From: Sphyrna mokarran
Taxonomy: Eukaryota
NCBI GenBank assembly: GCA_024679065.1
Contig: JAGIQG010000013.1
Location: forward strand, 17,360,001 to 17,424,000
DNA: 64,000 bases
Direction: 5' to 3'
The position numbers were made by a program, and so were the translations under genes. The notes under the pieces are model-generated. The model saw nothing but the letters and a program-made list of their open reading frames with translations, did no database searches and was not told where the DNA came from. Positions 39,371-51,400 of this stretch are shown here, piece by piece. Position 1 is the stretch's first letter; the number at the start of each line of letters is the position of its first letter.

Positions 39371-41116
39371 ATAAAAAATTCCAGTCAGATGAATTTGCCT
39401 TGCATTGGGATTGCCAGCAACACAAAATCCAGATGTACATACGAGTTCTTTATTTTAGCCAGTAGAATGGACTGAGTGATGATTGTGGACTATTGATAGC
39501 CATTAAGTCAAAGCCTTAAGAGGCATAAAACTATTCATTATTTCAATTGGAGGCACTGTGACTATATCTGTGATTTTAATTTTGATGGCAAACCGAAATG
39601 ATGATTGTCCTCTGGTTTCCCTCTTCCTAAAAAAAGTGTAACTATTGCTTTCCTCTCCAAACTGATCTTCAGCAGGGAGTCAGATTTTACTCAGATCGAG
39701 CACCAGAAAAAGTTTTCCTTTCAGGACATTCGTAACTTGTTTGTCCATAACCATGCACACATTCCAGGTACCAAAATTCATGCATTTTTCACTAGTGTGC
39801 TTTTAACTGTGAGGATGGTGATTCCAGTTTCCCAAATCTCGGATACATTACTCAAGTGAGGGGTTTGAAAATGTACCTCAAACTGCTGCAGGGGAGTTAC
39901 TTTTGCCCCAACTCTAAGGACTAAGCAACTATCAGGAATCCACTGCTGACAGGCAGGTTTGTGGCTAGAGCTGCAGGCTCATTGTTGTGCTTCTGATGCC
40001 ACTGGTGAATCATATGACTTTCCAGTGTCCCTGGCAGGACTGTGTTTGTCATATTTTAACATAAGATAGTCAATGTGCACAATCTTGAAAGATTGGAAAT
40101 ATTTACCCAATGGCATGGCTCACCATGATTGCAGAATGTCAAACTGCACTGTAATATTCATCAGCCTTCATACACATGTACATGTAAGAATAATTTATTT
40201 GCCTATTTTGCTGTTAAGGACTTGTGAAAATGTGTTTTAATTTAGGTATGTCTCTCTAGATCTGCCCAGATCAGTGTGGCAGGTTCACCTCATGCAGTTT
40301 TTAGTTGGAATAGTCTTGGTGGAAAGACAAGCTACGAACAGCACCATAAGCAGCCTGCCTCCCTGGGATTCAAGGATGAGTGCTATGTTATTAGTTGGAA
40401 TCTAGTACTAGCTTAGGTTTTTTTGATTAGTTTATTGCATAGCTTTTCAATTGGGACAGTACAAAATAAAAAAGTTAATAAAATCTCAGCCGACAAATTG
40501 CTTATGGTTAACTTCTACAATTGTCAACCTAAAATAATTTTTGAATGATGGAAAAAGGAGAAATTTATAAGGACTGCAATGAAATTTATAAAAAATATAT
40601 GAAATTCGCATCACAATTTATTGCAGTGCAACTGAAAAACAATTTATTGTATTGAGATAAAGGTGAAATAGCAGAACAACTTTCAACAGTTATTCTTTGA
40701 AACATAACCTCATGAGAGATTATTGCTTACAGGGAGAAATTACTTCGAGACTGTCTGCATGTGAACACATGTATGCAGTTGGAGAGAATTCAGCTAATTT
40801 TAATAATTTACACACACTCCGTTGCAAAGGAGGTTTGCTGAACATAATGGCTTGCTACTTAAAATTAAAGACAAATAGCCCACAGACAGACAAAAACCTA
40901 GAACAACTTCGTTTAATCACAATAGATTTCAACATTTCCACACACTGTGGAGAGGTGGGAGAAGGAGAAGATGTGTGTGCATTAATAGTGGCTCAGCTGG
41001 TAGCGCTCACATGCAAAAGTCAACAAGATTCTGGGTTCAAGTCCCACTTCAGGGCTTAAACACAAAAATCAAGGCTGATAATGCAGTGCAGCATTGAGGA
41101 TTTGTTGCATTTTCAG

Positions 41117-41620
41117 GGAAAGGATATACTGGTACCGGAGGGGGTGCAGAGGAGATTCACTAGGTTGGTTCCAGAGAAGTTTGGCTTAGGAGGAGACACC
41201 CAGTAGACTAGGGCTATACTCATTGCAATTCAGAAGAATGAGGGGAGATCTTATAGAAACATATAAGATTATGAAGGGAATACGTAAAACAGAAGCAGGG
41301 AACTTGTTTCCACTGGCAAGTGAAACTAGAACTAGGAGGCATGACCTCAAAATAAGGGGAAGCAGATTTAGGACTGAGTAGAGGAGGAACTTCTTTATAC
41401 AAAGGGTTGTGAATCTGTGGAATTCCCTGCCCAATGAAGCAGTTCAAGCTACCTCATTAAATGCTTTTAAAGCAAGGATAGATACATTTTTGAACAGTAG
41501 TGGAATTAAGAGTTACGTTGAGCATGCGGTTAAGTGGAGCTGAGTCCACGAAAAGATCAGTCATGATCTTATTGAATGGCAGAACAGGGTCGAGGGATCA
41601 GATGGCCTACTCCTGTTCCA
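41117..41620 (+). mobile_element. CR1 LINE 3' end
   Basis: gtgcagaggagattcactagg...gtgaatctgtggaattccctgccc; same subfamily as 20535-20945. Confidence 0.9.
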
Positions 41621-41666
41621 GCAAACTGAGGTTCTTTCTGTCTCCTCAGATGGATGTAAAAGATCT

Positions 41667-41940
41667 AAAGTTTATTTATTAGTCACAAGTAGGCTTACAT
41701 TAACACTGCAATTAAATTACTGTGAAAATCCTCTATTTGCCACATTCCGGCACCTGTGCGGGTACACAGAGGGAAAACTCAGCACGGCCAATTTATCTCT
41801 GGACTGTGGGAGGAAACTGGAATACCCAGAGGAAACCCACGAAGACATAGGCAGAATGTGCAAACACCATACAGCCCAAGCTGGGAATCAAACCTGGGTC
41901 CCCGATGCTGTGAAGCAGCAGTGCTAATCACTGTGCCACA
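41667..41940 (-). mobile_element. V-SINE
   Basis: Same family as 5128-5477. Confidence 0.85.
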
Positions 41941-42159
41941 TAATATGCTATTATTTCGAAGTAGGCAACTTATCCACCATGTCCTGGCCAATACTTATCC
42001 CACAATCAACGTCTCAAAAAATATGATCTGGTCATAATCATGTTGCTGCTTGTGGAAGTTTGCTGTGTACAAATTGGATGCTGTGTTTTCTACGTTACAC
42101 CAGTGATTGCTCTTCAAAAGTACTACACTGGACATCTCAAAGTGCTTTACAGCTAATGG

Positions 42160-42739
42160 TCGTGATTCTCAGTCATTGGTGAATCCAGTACATCAGTACC
42201 AAAGACAAGGTTGAATTTGCAACCAGCTTTAGCCAGAAGTGCTGAAGTTGACAATTGAGTTCAGCTTCTTCTGAGGTTCCCAGATTCACAGATGCCAGTC
42301 TTCAGCTAATTCATTCACGTGTTATCAAAAAATGGCTGATGGCCCTAGATACTGCTAAGACAATACTCCAGTAGTAACACTAATAAAAACTTGTAGTCCA
42401 GATGTAGCTGTGCTCCTAACCAAGCTGTTCCAGTTTACTTACAATACTGACATCTATCCGGCAATGTGGAAAATTGCCAAAGTATGTCTTGTCCACAAAA
42501 GAAAGGAAAAATCCAACCCAGTCAATTACTGTCCCAACTATCTTCTCTCAATCATCAGCAAAGTGAAGGAAGGGCTTAGTGGTAATGTTATCAAACGGCA
42601 TTTACTCAGCTGTAACCTGCTCATTGATCATCAGTTTGGGTTCCAACAAGGCCACTCAGTTCCCGACCTCATTACAGCCTTGGTTCAAACGTGAACAGGA
42701 GGTCAAAAGGTGAGGGAAGACTGACCGCCCTTGACATAT
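42160..42739 (+). mobile_element. LINE RT fragment
   Basis: YPAMWKIAKVCLVHKRKEKSNPVNYCPNYLLSIISKV...HQFGFQQGHS...LTALDI. Confidence 0.88.
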
Positions 42740-43010
42740 TCAGTAAGAATCTGGCAACACCAATTTTAAATCCAACCGATTTATTTGATAGTAAATCTGC
42801 GAGCTTTCAACTTTCGTCTTTGTCAGGCATTTGCCTGATGAAGACAAAAGTCGCGAGCTTTCGACTTTTGTCTTCATCAGGCAAATGCCTGACAAAGACG
42901 AAAGTTGAAAGCTCGCAGATTTACTATCAAATAAATCGGTTGGATTTAAAATTGGTGTTGCCAGATTCTTACTGAGTTTACCCCAGTCCAACGCCGGCAT
43001 CGCTACATCA
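42740..43010 (+). mobile_element. Short Penelope-type element: perfect 236-bp palindrome plus 35-nt tail, 14-bp TSD
   Basis: Arms 42740-42853 and 42862-42975 are exact reverse complements. Tail 42976-43010. TSD cgcccttgacatat (42726-42739) / cgcccttgatatat (43011-43024). Confidence 0.88.
42851..42884 (-). ncRNA. Minimal type I hammerhead ribozyme motif
   Basis: ttgc-CTGATGA-a-gac-aaaa-gtc-GAAA-gc-TC-gcga. Confidence 0.65.
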
Positions 43011-45489
43011 CGCCCTTGATATATGGCAGCAAAGAGTCTTACCAAAATTGGAGTCACCGGGAATTTTCTCAAAAACTCTCCAGTAATTGGTGTCATACCT
43101 AGTACAAAGGATGATGAGGTCAATCATCTCAGTCTTGGCATATTGGTTTTCATTAGTCATTTATCAGATGAGGGCTTCGTTGGCTGGGCCAGCATTCATT
43201 GCCTGTCCCTAACAGCCCAGAGGGCATTTGAGAGCCAACCGCATTGATGTGGATCTGAATTCACATGCAGACCAGGACAGGTAAGGGCTATACACATTTC
43301 TTTCCTTAAAAGTAAGTTGATGGGTTTTTTTTAAAACAAATATACATTGATTTCATGGTCATCACTACTTCACTGTTGTTGGATCCAAATTGTGGAACTG
43401 CCTTCCTAACAGCACTGTGGATGTAAGTACACCACATGGACTTTAGTGTTTTAAAAAGCTCACCACCACATTCTCAACGATGATTGGAGCTGACCAATAA
43501 ATGCCGGCCGAGCCAGAAACACCGACGTACAGTAGAGGAATGAAAAGAACAGCCATAAGTGTAACAATTGAGGTGATGTGTCAAGGAGTTTGCTGATGGA
43601 TTATTGTAAATAAAACTGCTCTGTTAAGGTCAGATTCCAAACATCTCTTTAAATTTGAATTCAACCACCTGGAGGAACAACATGCATGTTTTCTTAAGAT
43701 AGTTGACAAACTGTTTAAGATTAATAATCAGAAAAAGTCACATACTCAATGGATGTGAACTTCGAAAGAATGGACTGCACAAAGGTAAGCAGAAAATAAC
43801 TAACTTTCCCATCAGCATTTGAGTCAGATTTTTAATGAACCAAGACGCCATTACAAAAATGAATACAAAATGATTAGATAAAATGACCACATTACAATAC
43901 AAAAAAATCTAGTTGCAATGGAATTATTTCATGGCAGTTATTGAAGACAGCTTTATCTGCAATTATTCACTATACAATGGAACAGATTTTGAAAGGGGAC
44001 GTTAAGAACCAAACAGTGCCTTAATGCAGACAGAAGCAGTATTGTTAAATTTGCATTTCCAATACAACTGAGCAGTTCATCATGAATACCTATCGCTGTG
44101 TATCTGGTTTCATAATAAATTAGAAAAATAGGCTTTTGTTTGAATAGATACTTTTTTAAATTAAAAGGGTGGGGAATAAATTAAAACTGTAAAGATCAAA
44201 TATTTATCCAATGTACAGCAGACCAGACTAGTAGCCATATAACATGATCTTAAAACCAGGCAGCATCATGTAAAATCAGAGATATGTGCAATCATTTAAA
44301 TCATTTTTAAAATCTTAAATTCAAGGAATGCTGTTGTCGCATCTTGATTATGAAGGATGGAAAATTATGCTCAGTTATAGCTGTCACTCGCGAATTTATC
44401 TGTTTTTCTGGCTCTTGTGTTGAAACTCCTGAAAAAGATTCCCAGTTCCAGTTCAAACTTCTAATTATAGGTTGACTTATAACTTTTCTACATATGTATA
44501 TTTTATGAACCAATTTTCTAAATAAATCATGTAACAATATTCTTTGTTAGGGAGGCAGAATCATTCCCAATCTGCAGATGGTTAGCTAATTAACCAGAGG
44601 AAAATACAGACAGGAATCTGAAAATTATAAAGCCAAAAAGATAGTTAAGATCGGTAAAAGCTATGTTATAGAATTTAGTAAATCTTTATATCTGTTGATA
44701 CAACATCTTTGCAGTATATGTATCTTTCACCACATCCAATTTCCTTCCCGAATTTGTTATTCAACGAACTTGAGTTAATGATGTTTTTGTTCCCATCTAA
44801 CAAAGTACTGAATTTTAAATTAATCTTTGCAAACACACTGTTATTGTTAGTGAAATGATATGTAATAACGACCAAATTTTAAGCATTATAATTGCCTACT
44901 TCTGATCCTTGAAAAAAAGATCAATTGCTTCAAAGTTCATGCTGAACCTAAAAACTGTTCTAGGTTCAGCCATTCTTCAAAGCATTGAGCCTCTTCAAGA
45001 CCAAAAATTCCAACTGAATTTGACAAATATATTTTTCTGAAGCCATTAGTATATTAAAGATGTCTTCATCATTGAGATTCAATTAATTGATTCCAGTTAA
45101 ATTTATATAAATGTGTCAAAAGATAAAATACATCATGAAATAAGACATAACTAAGATCTGCAAATATGTACCCATGTCATTCATGAATGAAGTATTGTGA
45201 AAACCTAACACTAAACAGGGCAGAATATTTATACCACAAATAAACAAAAACACTAAATAAAATCAAATAACTAAATCTGTCAAAGTGTAAAATTTAATAT
45301 CCTAATAGTTTAGTCCTTACAGCTTCCCAAAGATTAATCTTTGTACTGCTAATTGAGTTTATCATGAGCCAGAAATGTTACTGTACATTGTAAGTTCATT
45401 TGGTTATACCAGTACACAGCAATATACAAATCAATGCTTAACAATAATGCCTTACTGTTGCAATGTGTTAGTAGACAATTACAATGAAG

Positions 45490-48400
45490 TGTGCATTCAC
45501 ACCAGTTTATTGTGGAAATATTTTACACATAATATAGTTACATTCCTGCTTCTAACCTCAAAGGCTAGAACCATTTCAAAATTTTCATTACCACTCTTCA
45601 AAAGAATCATGCCATTTAGTGTATGAAAAAATTCACAGTAAAATGTTGCAGTTTGCTATGGATTAAAGAGAAACTGCTGCATCAGTAATGAAAAGACATA
45701 CCATCCTGTGATGTAAAAATTCTGAATCCCACAGTCAAATTTAAAATAAATGTATAGACCTTGACTCCAGCTTGTTGATATATATGTGGTAAAATGCTCA
45801 GATATAAAGTTTTCTTTCTCATTTTGCTTCTTTTATATTTACTTCTTTCTTTGCTCTTACCAAACTTTCATTCTTAGCCATTTAAACAAAGTGCTCAATT
45901 GACCAAGTGAAATATATAATAGTCACAATATACAAATTAATTTAGATTAAGCAATACTACTACATTTTGATGAACAATTGTCTATGTTTTCCACAAGCAA
46001 AGTGACATTGATGTTCATCTAGAGGCACCAATGGCATATGCAATTTGTTTTTCATATTCAGTAGATTTATGATGCAGAATTTTAAATTTTACCACCTTTT
46101 ACTGTGATATTACCTGTTCTTATAGGCTAGTTAAACCTGCCAGTTGCTAGTGTTATACACTAGATCTTGTAAACAAGCTGCGTTTGTCCTGTAAATTATT
46201 AATTTGTGATGCATTTTAATATTATTGTATGTATCTTGGTGGTAATTATTCTATTGAGTTTATTTGAAAACCACTGAGTTTCTTGAGAACTGAGATTGTT
46301 TTTCATCATTTAATAAATTTATCTTGGACCAAAGTATTTTAACATAAAAAGTGAAGACCTCCTTTAAATAGATTGGAAAATAATTAGATCTGTGGTTTGG
46401 AGCAATCATTGAAGGTAGCCAGGTACAGATCAAACTTTACAGATGATAAGCATTTTTAGATCATACTGACACTCAAACAAACAAACTGCTTCAGGTAATG
46501 AGAGCATAAGGGAGATGCTGAATATCAAAATGCAACAGTAAAACATTTTCCGGCCTGAACAGAGTGTAAGCAAGCGCAGGGTGAAATTAAACTGTGATAT
46601 TTACCAAATAATGGCAACACTGGATTAATTTATCAAGGTGTGTCTGTTAAACTGTTTCCCAAACTCAGTTTTGAGCAGCCAATTTGTATGAACATCTTGC
46701 ATAACATTAAATAAGGAACCATATGATACTATAGCTTCAATGGCAATATAGAATTTACTTGCACATTAATTTGGTAAATGGAGGAACGGGTCTCTTTACA
46801 AAGTCAACAGCAAAGATTTTAGTTTGCTGGATAGGTTAATTTCACTTATGCCTTACTCTTCTGTTCCATTTCCATAATAGCCTCTCCAATTCAGTATAAA
46901 TTCAAGAACTGCTTAATTTTCATGAATTATGAAAGAGCATTCAAAAGGTCTGCATTAAGCAGCCTACAAATTACAAGCACCATATAAAGCTGCTTAATTT
47001 GGTGAGTCATTTCTAGACAACATTTTCACATATTGAAAAGAATATTAAACATTTGGTACACAAGTTTCACAGAAAGTAATGCCATCACTTAATGAGAAGC
47101 AATGCTGTTTATAAATCAGATGCAATCTCACCTATAGTTCATCAAGGCTAGATGTTTCCAGTTATAGATCAAGGTTTTGATGCTTTTTGGAAAAGCTTCA
47201 AGCTATGCATCCAGAAGAACATCACAGGAAGTTGTCTTCATTACCAAGTTTTGAATTTGTGTTGGACTGATGCAAAAATATATGGACCAAATTCAGTGCA
47301 ACTGTTCTATAATTATAGAGGCTTATAACCAGCTCAATTACTGATTGGTAAATTTGGGAAACTGGAAAGCAAGGATGTAATTCTCCACAAGATCAAAGCT
47401 TTTTTTTTGCACTGTCCTGTACCATCTCACATTTATTAAATTTTGATGTTTACTAAATTTTTTATACCTTCTGTTCAAATTGTTGAAAAAGTCCATCCTG
47501 ACAGAAGTGACAGCCAGACAAGCAATTTTTAGACAAGAATTGTTTATGCAAACTATATTCATCAGTATTTATTGGTTTTCTCTGAAGACAGTATTCTATA
47601 ATATCACTAATTTCAACTACCATATTACTGTTGAAATTTTTAGCATTTGTTTCAGGAAAACTGCATCTTGCCCCAGAGCAACAAACCCTTCAGGACACCA
47701 TGTTGGAAGTTTCCTTCAGCTTTTCAGTTGCCATCAATTGAATTTCAATTTAGGGCTTTTGGAAAAGTCTGATTATTCCAGTCCTGCCAAGAACTAATAA
47801 CACTTGGTACAAGATGATATCATCTCACATTAGCTATAGGGTTTTGGAATATTTGCACTGGTAAAGGTCCGACATTTGTATCCATCTATCAGAAGTTAAT
47901 ACAAAAAATTGTCAGGGTAAATGTGAACACACTCAACTGTGGTACTGCATTAAGGTGCACTGAATACAGGGACGTCCGCAGGTTACCTGTGCTGCAATCT
48001 TATTATACAAGAAATACACCATGCACATGTGGGGATAGTTCAACACAGTTGAAAATCTGAGTTACACCCACTGAGTTGTTACACATCTTCATTCAGAGAT
48101 AACGAGTAAATAAGTCATAAATTTCACTTATTAGTAACAGTATCCCTTTTTTCTTGGTCATATACAGAATTCATCTGTAGAAAACATGCAAAAGACCACC
48201 AAAAATTATATCTACATATATTTTATGCTCTTTTACTTTAATTTCTGTAATTCCTGATTTAATTAAGTTTAAACGTGATCAGATATAATCATCAGATTCA
48301 TTCTTCAAGAATAAAAGTACTGGTGATGTGGTCAATGAAATCACTGAGTTATAGACTTATTTGGACTCTTATTTCTGTCAGTCATCCACTGAACAATATA

Positions 48401-51400
48401 CATGAACAGTTTAGCTTTTCCTTCAAAGGAGACTCACTGGCAGGCCAGACCAGAGAACGGGAAGGAAGGAAACATGGAAAGAAGGAATACCCTGTATCAA
48501 AATAACTGTTATGTTGGAAAAGGCAAAATATGTTGCCTATTTTCTAGGATTTTACTTTTAATGCATGTCTACAGTAGGCACCTGTAACCATCCTTTTAAA
48601 TGGAAATTTAGAGATGAAAAACTTCACATCAAATTGAATTACTTTGTTGGGAATAAGGTGGATATAAAGTTTAAAAAATGATTTCATTTCTGAAAGATAT
48701 TATGTAGATATTTTTTATTTAAGAAAGGAATACTGCCTATTGAAAATCTTTGTTTTTTAAAAAACCTTCCAATAAATAACACATCTAAAGAATACAAGCC
48801 TGCGGACGTCCAAAATTGGATAATATGTACACTTTTAAAACTATGAACAACTAGGCAGTGAAAAACAGTTATGTTCTCACACACAAGACACACCCAAAAC
48901 ATACAAAAATACTATATCTTAAACTACCAAGTAAGACAATTTATTTTTTTATCTCATGCCATGACTTAAGAGCAATACACTGAAACGAACAAGGATTTGA
49001 CAAAAAAAAACCTTTTATCCCAGAAATATACCAAAATATACATCTAAGCTTTGGAATTACTGAGGTTAGACTAATGCCTGCTGGGTAATTGCATTTAATA
49101 CACAATTAAGGTTGCAAAGAAGAAACAAATCTTTGGTATCTGCATTAGGCGAATGTTAACATTTGTATTTTGCTTTGGGATAGAGCTTGTATGATCCAAC
49201 AACCCCCATTTAGTACTCAAAAAAACAATCACTGAACACAAAAGAAAATCCACCCTTCTCCACACAAAAAGGTACTGAGTCTCTATCTAGCACAAGGTTG
49301 AGGAATACAATGCATAGTTGCACAGTGGTATTATGAAAAGGAGATGAAACCCTTGCAAGCAAGCTACATCTTTTTTAGTCTTCATTTTCCTTTCACAAAA
49401 TGAAATGGCAGCGTCCAGCCAGTTACAGTCAGTTCTGAAGAGCACCTCAGTGTGTATTAATTCAGATCACCCAGCCCAAAGGGATAAACGCCCCTCAGAA
49501 GAGCCAATACTACCACAGGAGTCTCCAGTCCTTTAACCAATCAAATAGCACATGGGCTCCACTTTCAGAAGTCCCTCTGGTGGACAGAATGAAGCATATT
49601 TCTTTTGCTTTATGCAATTCTTTTGTCACTGTAAGCAATTCACACTTTTGAAATGAGATTAGTGTAGGACTGAAGACATTTAAAAAATTTAATTCATACA
49701 ATCATTAATAAGTCTTTGGTTTTATCAGCACAATGTAAGGTTGCTGGCATGTAATTAAAGAACTAAGCATGGCAGGAAAGACAATCACTAACATTTACAT
49801 TCAGAGGGTGAGTGGTATTCTCAAGGTATTTTTAATAATGGACACAACACCCTTACCTGATCTGACACAAGATTGTCAAAACTGAACAGTCATTTATTAT
49901 TTAACCAATATTTGGCTATGAGCATTACTGTGCATTCATTTATTTGGACTTCAGTATAGCAGAAGGAAAAAGGCAAAGATAATAATTATTATGTTGTGAC
50001 ATATTTCAGGTTTCAGAAGACAAAAATGCATCTTATCAGGGATATATTAGGCTTGTATAAAAGCACATAAAGTATAGTTTCTATATTTAAGAAATGTGGT
50101 CTTAAACAACTAGCAATGAGGCTATTATACATGAAAGCATCAATAATTTGGCTGAATGCTTAAGAATATAGTGTTGGTTAGCTCAATTGGCTGAATGGCT
50201 GCTTTGTGATGCAGTGACGCCAACAGCACAGGTTCAATTCCCATACTGGATGAGGTTATTCATGAAGGCCTGCCTTCTCAACTTTGCCCATCACATGATT
50301 CTCATGTTAAAATTGCCATCAGTTATCTCTCCCCTCAAGGAGAGAACAGCCTATGGTCTTCTGGGATAATGGCAATTTTATCTTTTATTCATCCATCTCC
50401 TTAATACACGTAACAGTTCAAATTTAGCAATTTAAAGTTAGCCTACGTATTCATGTAATAAGGTTCAATGGCCTGGCCCAAAGACCAGAGGGAGAATTTC
50501 AATGACTGAATACTAGGTTGATATCTAATTGCATACACATATCCAGTCGGAGTAAAGTGACAGCCTTTCATCATAACTAACCAGTTTTCCACATAAGAAG
50601 TTGAGAGTCAAGCTAACAACTCGCCAAGTTAACATCATGGAAACAATTAATTAATGTACAGTAATGGAAGCAATCAGTTGCCTCATGTGTTATTAGGCAT
50701 GGTTACGAAGAAGCAAATGGTTCAACGGTTTGGCTAAAAATTCAGCGGGACGGAAAGATGTGGAGGAACATGGGGAAAAAGTTAAAGGATTGCAGTATGT
50801 TCAATGCTTCCTTAAACTTCAGTTGTCAATTCTGACTGTCATTATTCTCCTGCCATGCTAGTGCTGATACATGCCAGAGTTTTTTTAAAAAGTATACAGT
50901 CAGTGGCAGGTTCAGCCACTCTGAGGGGGGAGATTAAAGCGAGTTACTCAGTCATGAGTTAGAAATGAGGTATACAACAGCTCCTGTACACAGAACAGAT
51001 GGTGACAGCACCATTTAAGCAACTGAGGAAGAAAATGAAATAATCATACCATGTGAGTAGACAAGTGTAAATTAGGAGTATTTCCACTTAAATTTGTAAG
51101 ATGCTCAAGTAAATAGGTCACTAGACACTATATTTTTCAATCTCCTTTCAGCTCAGTAACAAAAACAATTGTGTAAGGTCTTGCTGCACTGAAGTTTACA
51201 CTGAATAAGATGTAATTTCAAAACCCACCATTGCACTGGGCATGACAATCCCTAGGGTTGTTGGCGTAGTAACAGATACTTCTAATTCTCTAAACCTCTA
51301 TATAGGAACAGTACATCAAGACATTAATAGCTGTTGATTGGGCTTTTTTTAAAATTATCTCAATGCATTGAAAATCATATGGTGGAATAGAGTAGGTTTT

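Larger units (their letters stand above)
40985..42125 (+). mobile_element. Deu-domain-type tRNA SINE split by a CR1 and a V-SINE
   Basis: Head gtggctcagctggtag (A box) ...gggttcaagtccc (B box); resumes with ggatgtaaaagatc and tgtcctggccaata.ttatccc...caaattggatgctgtgttt. Confidence 0.65.

Noticed and set aside
42691-43123. Two ORFs with near-identical peptides on both strands
   Set aside because: A direct consequence of the DNA palindrome; no evidence of coding.
18756-44056. Several octamer motifs ATGCAAAT/ATTTGCAT (~18756, 27134, 29420, 31656, 44049) suggesting Oct-1 regulation
   Set aside because: About the number expected by chance in 64 kb of AT-rich DNA; not clustered.
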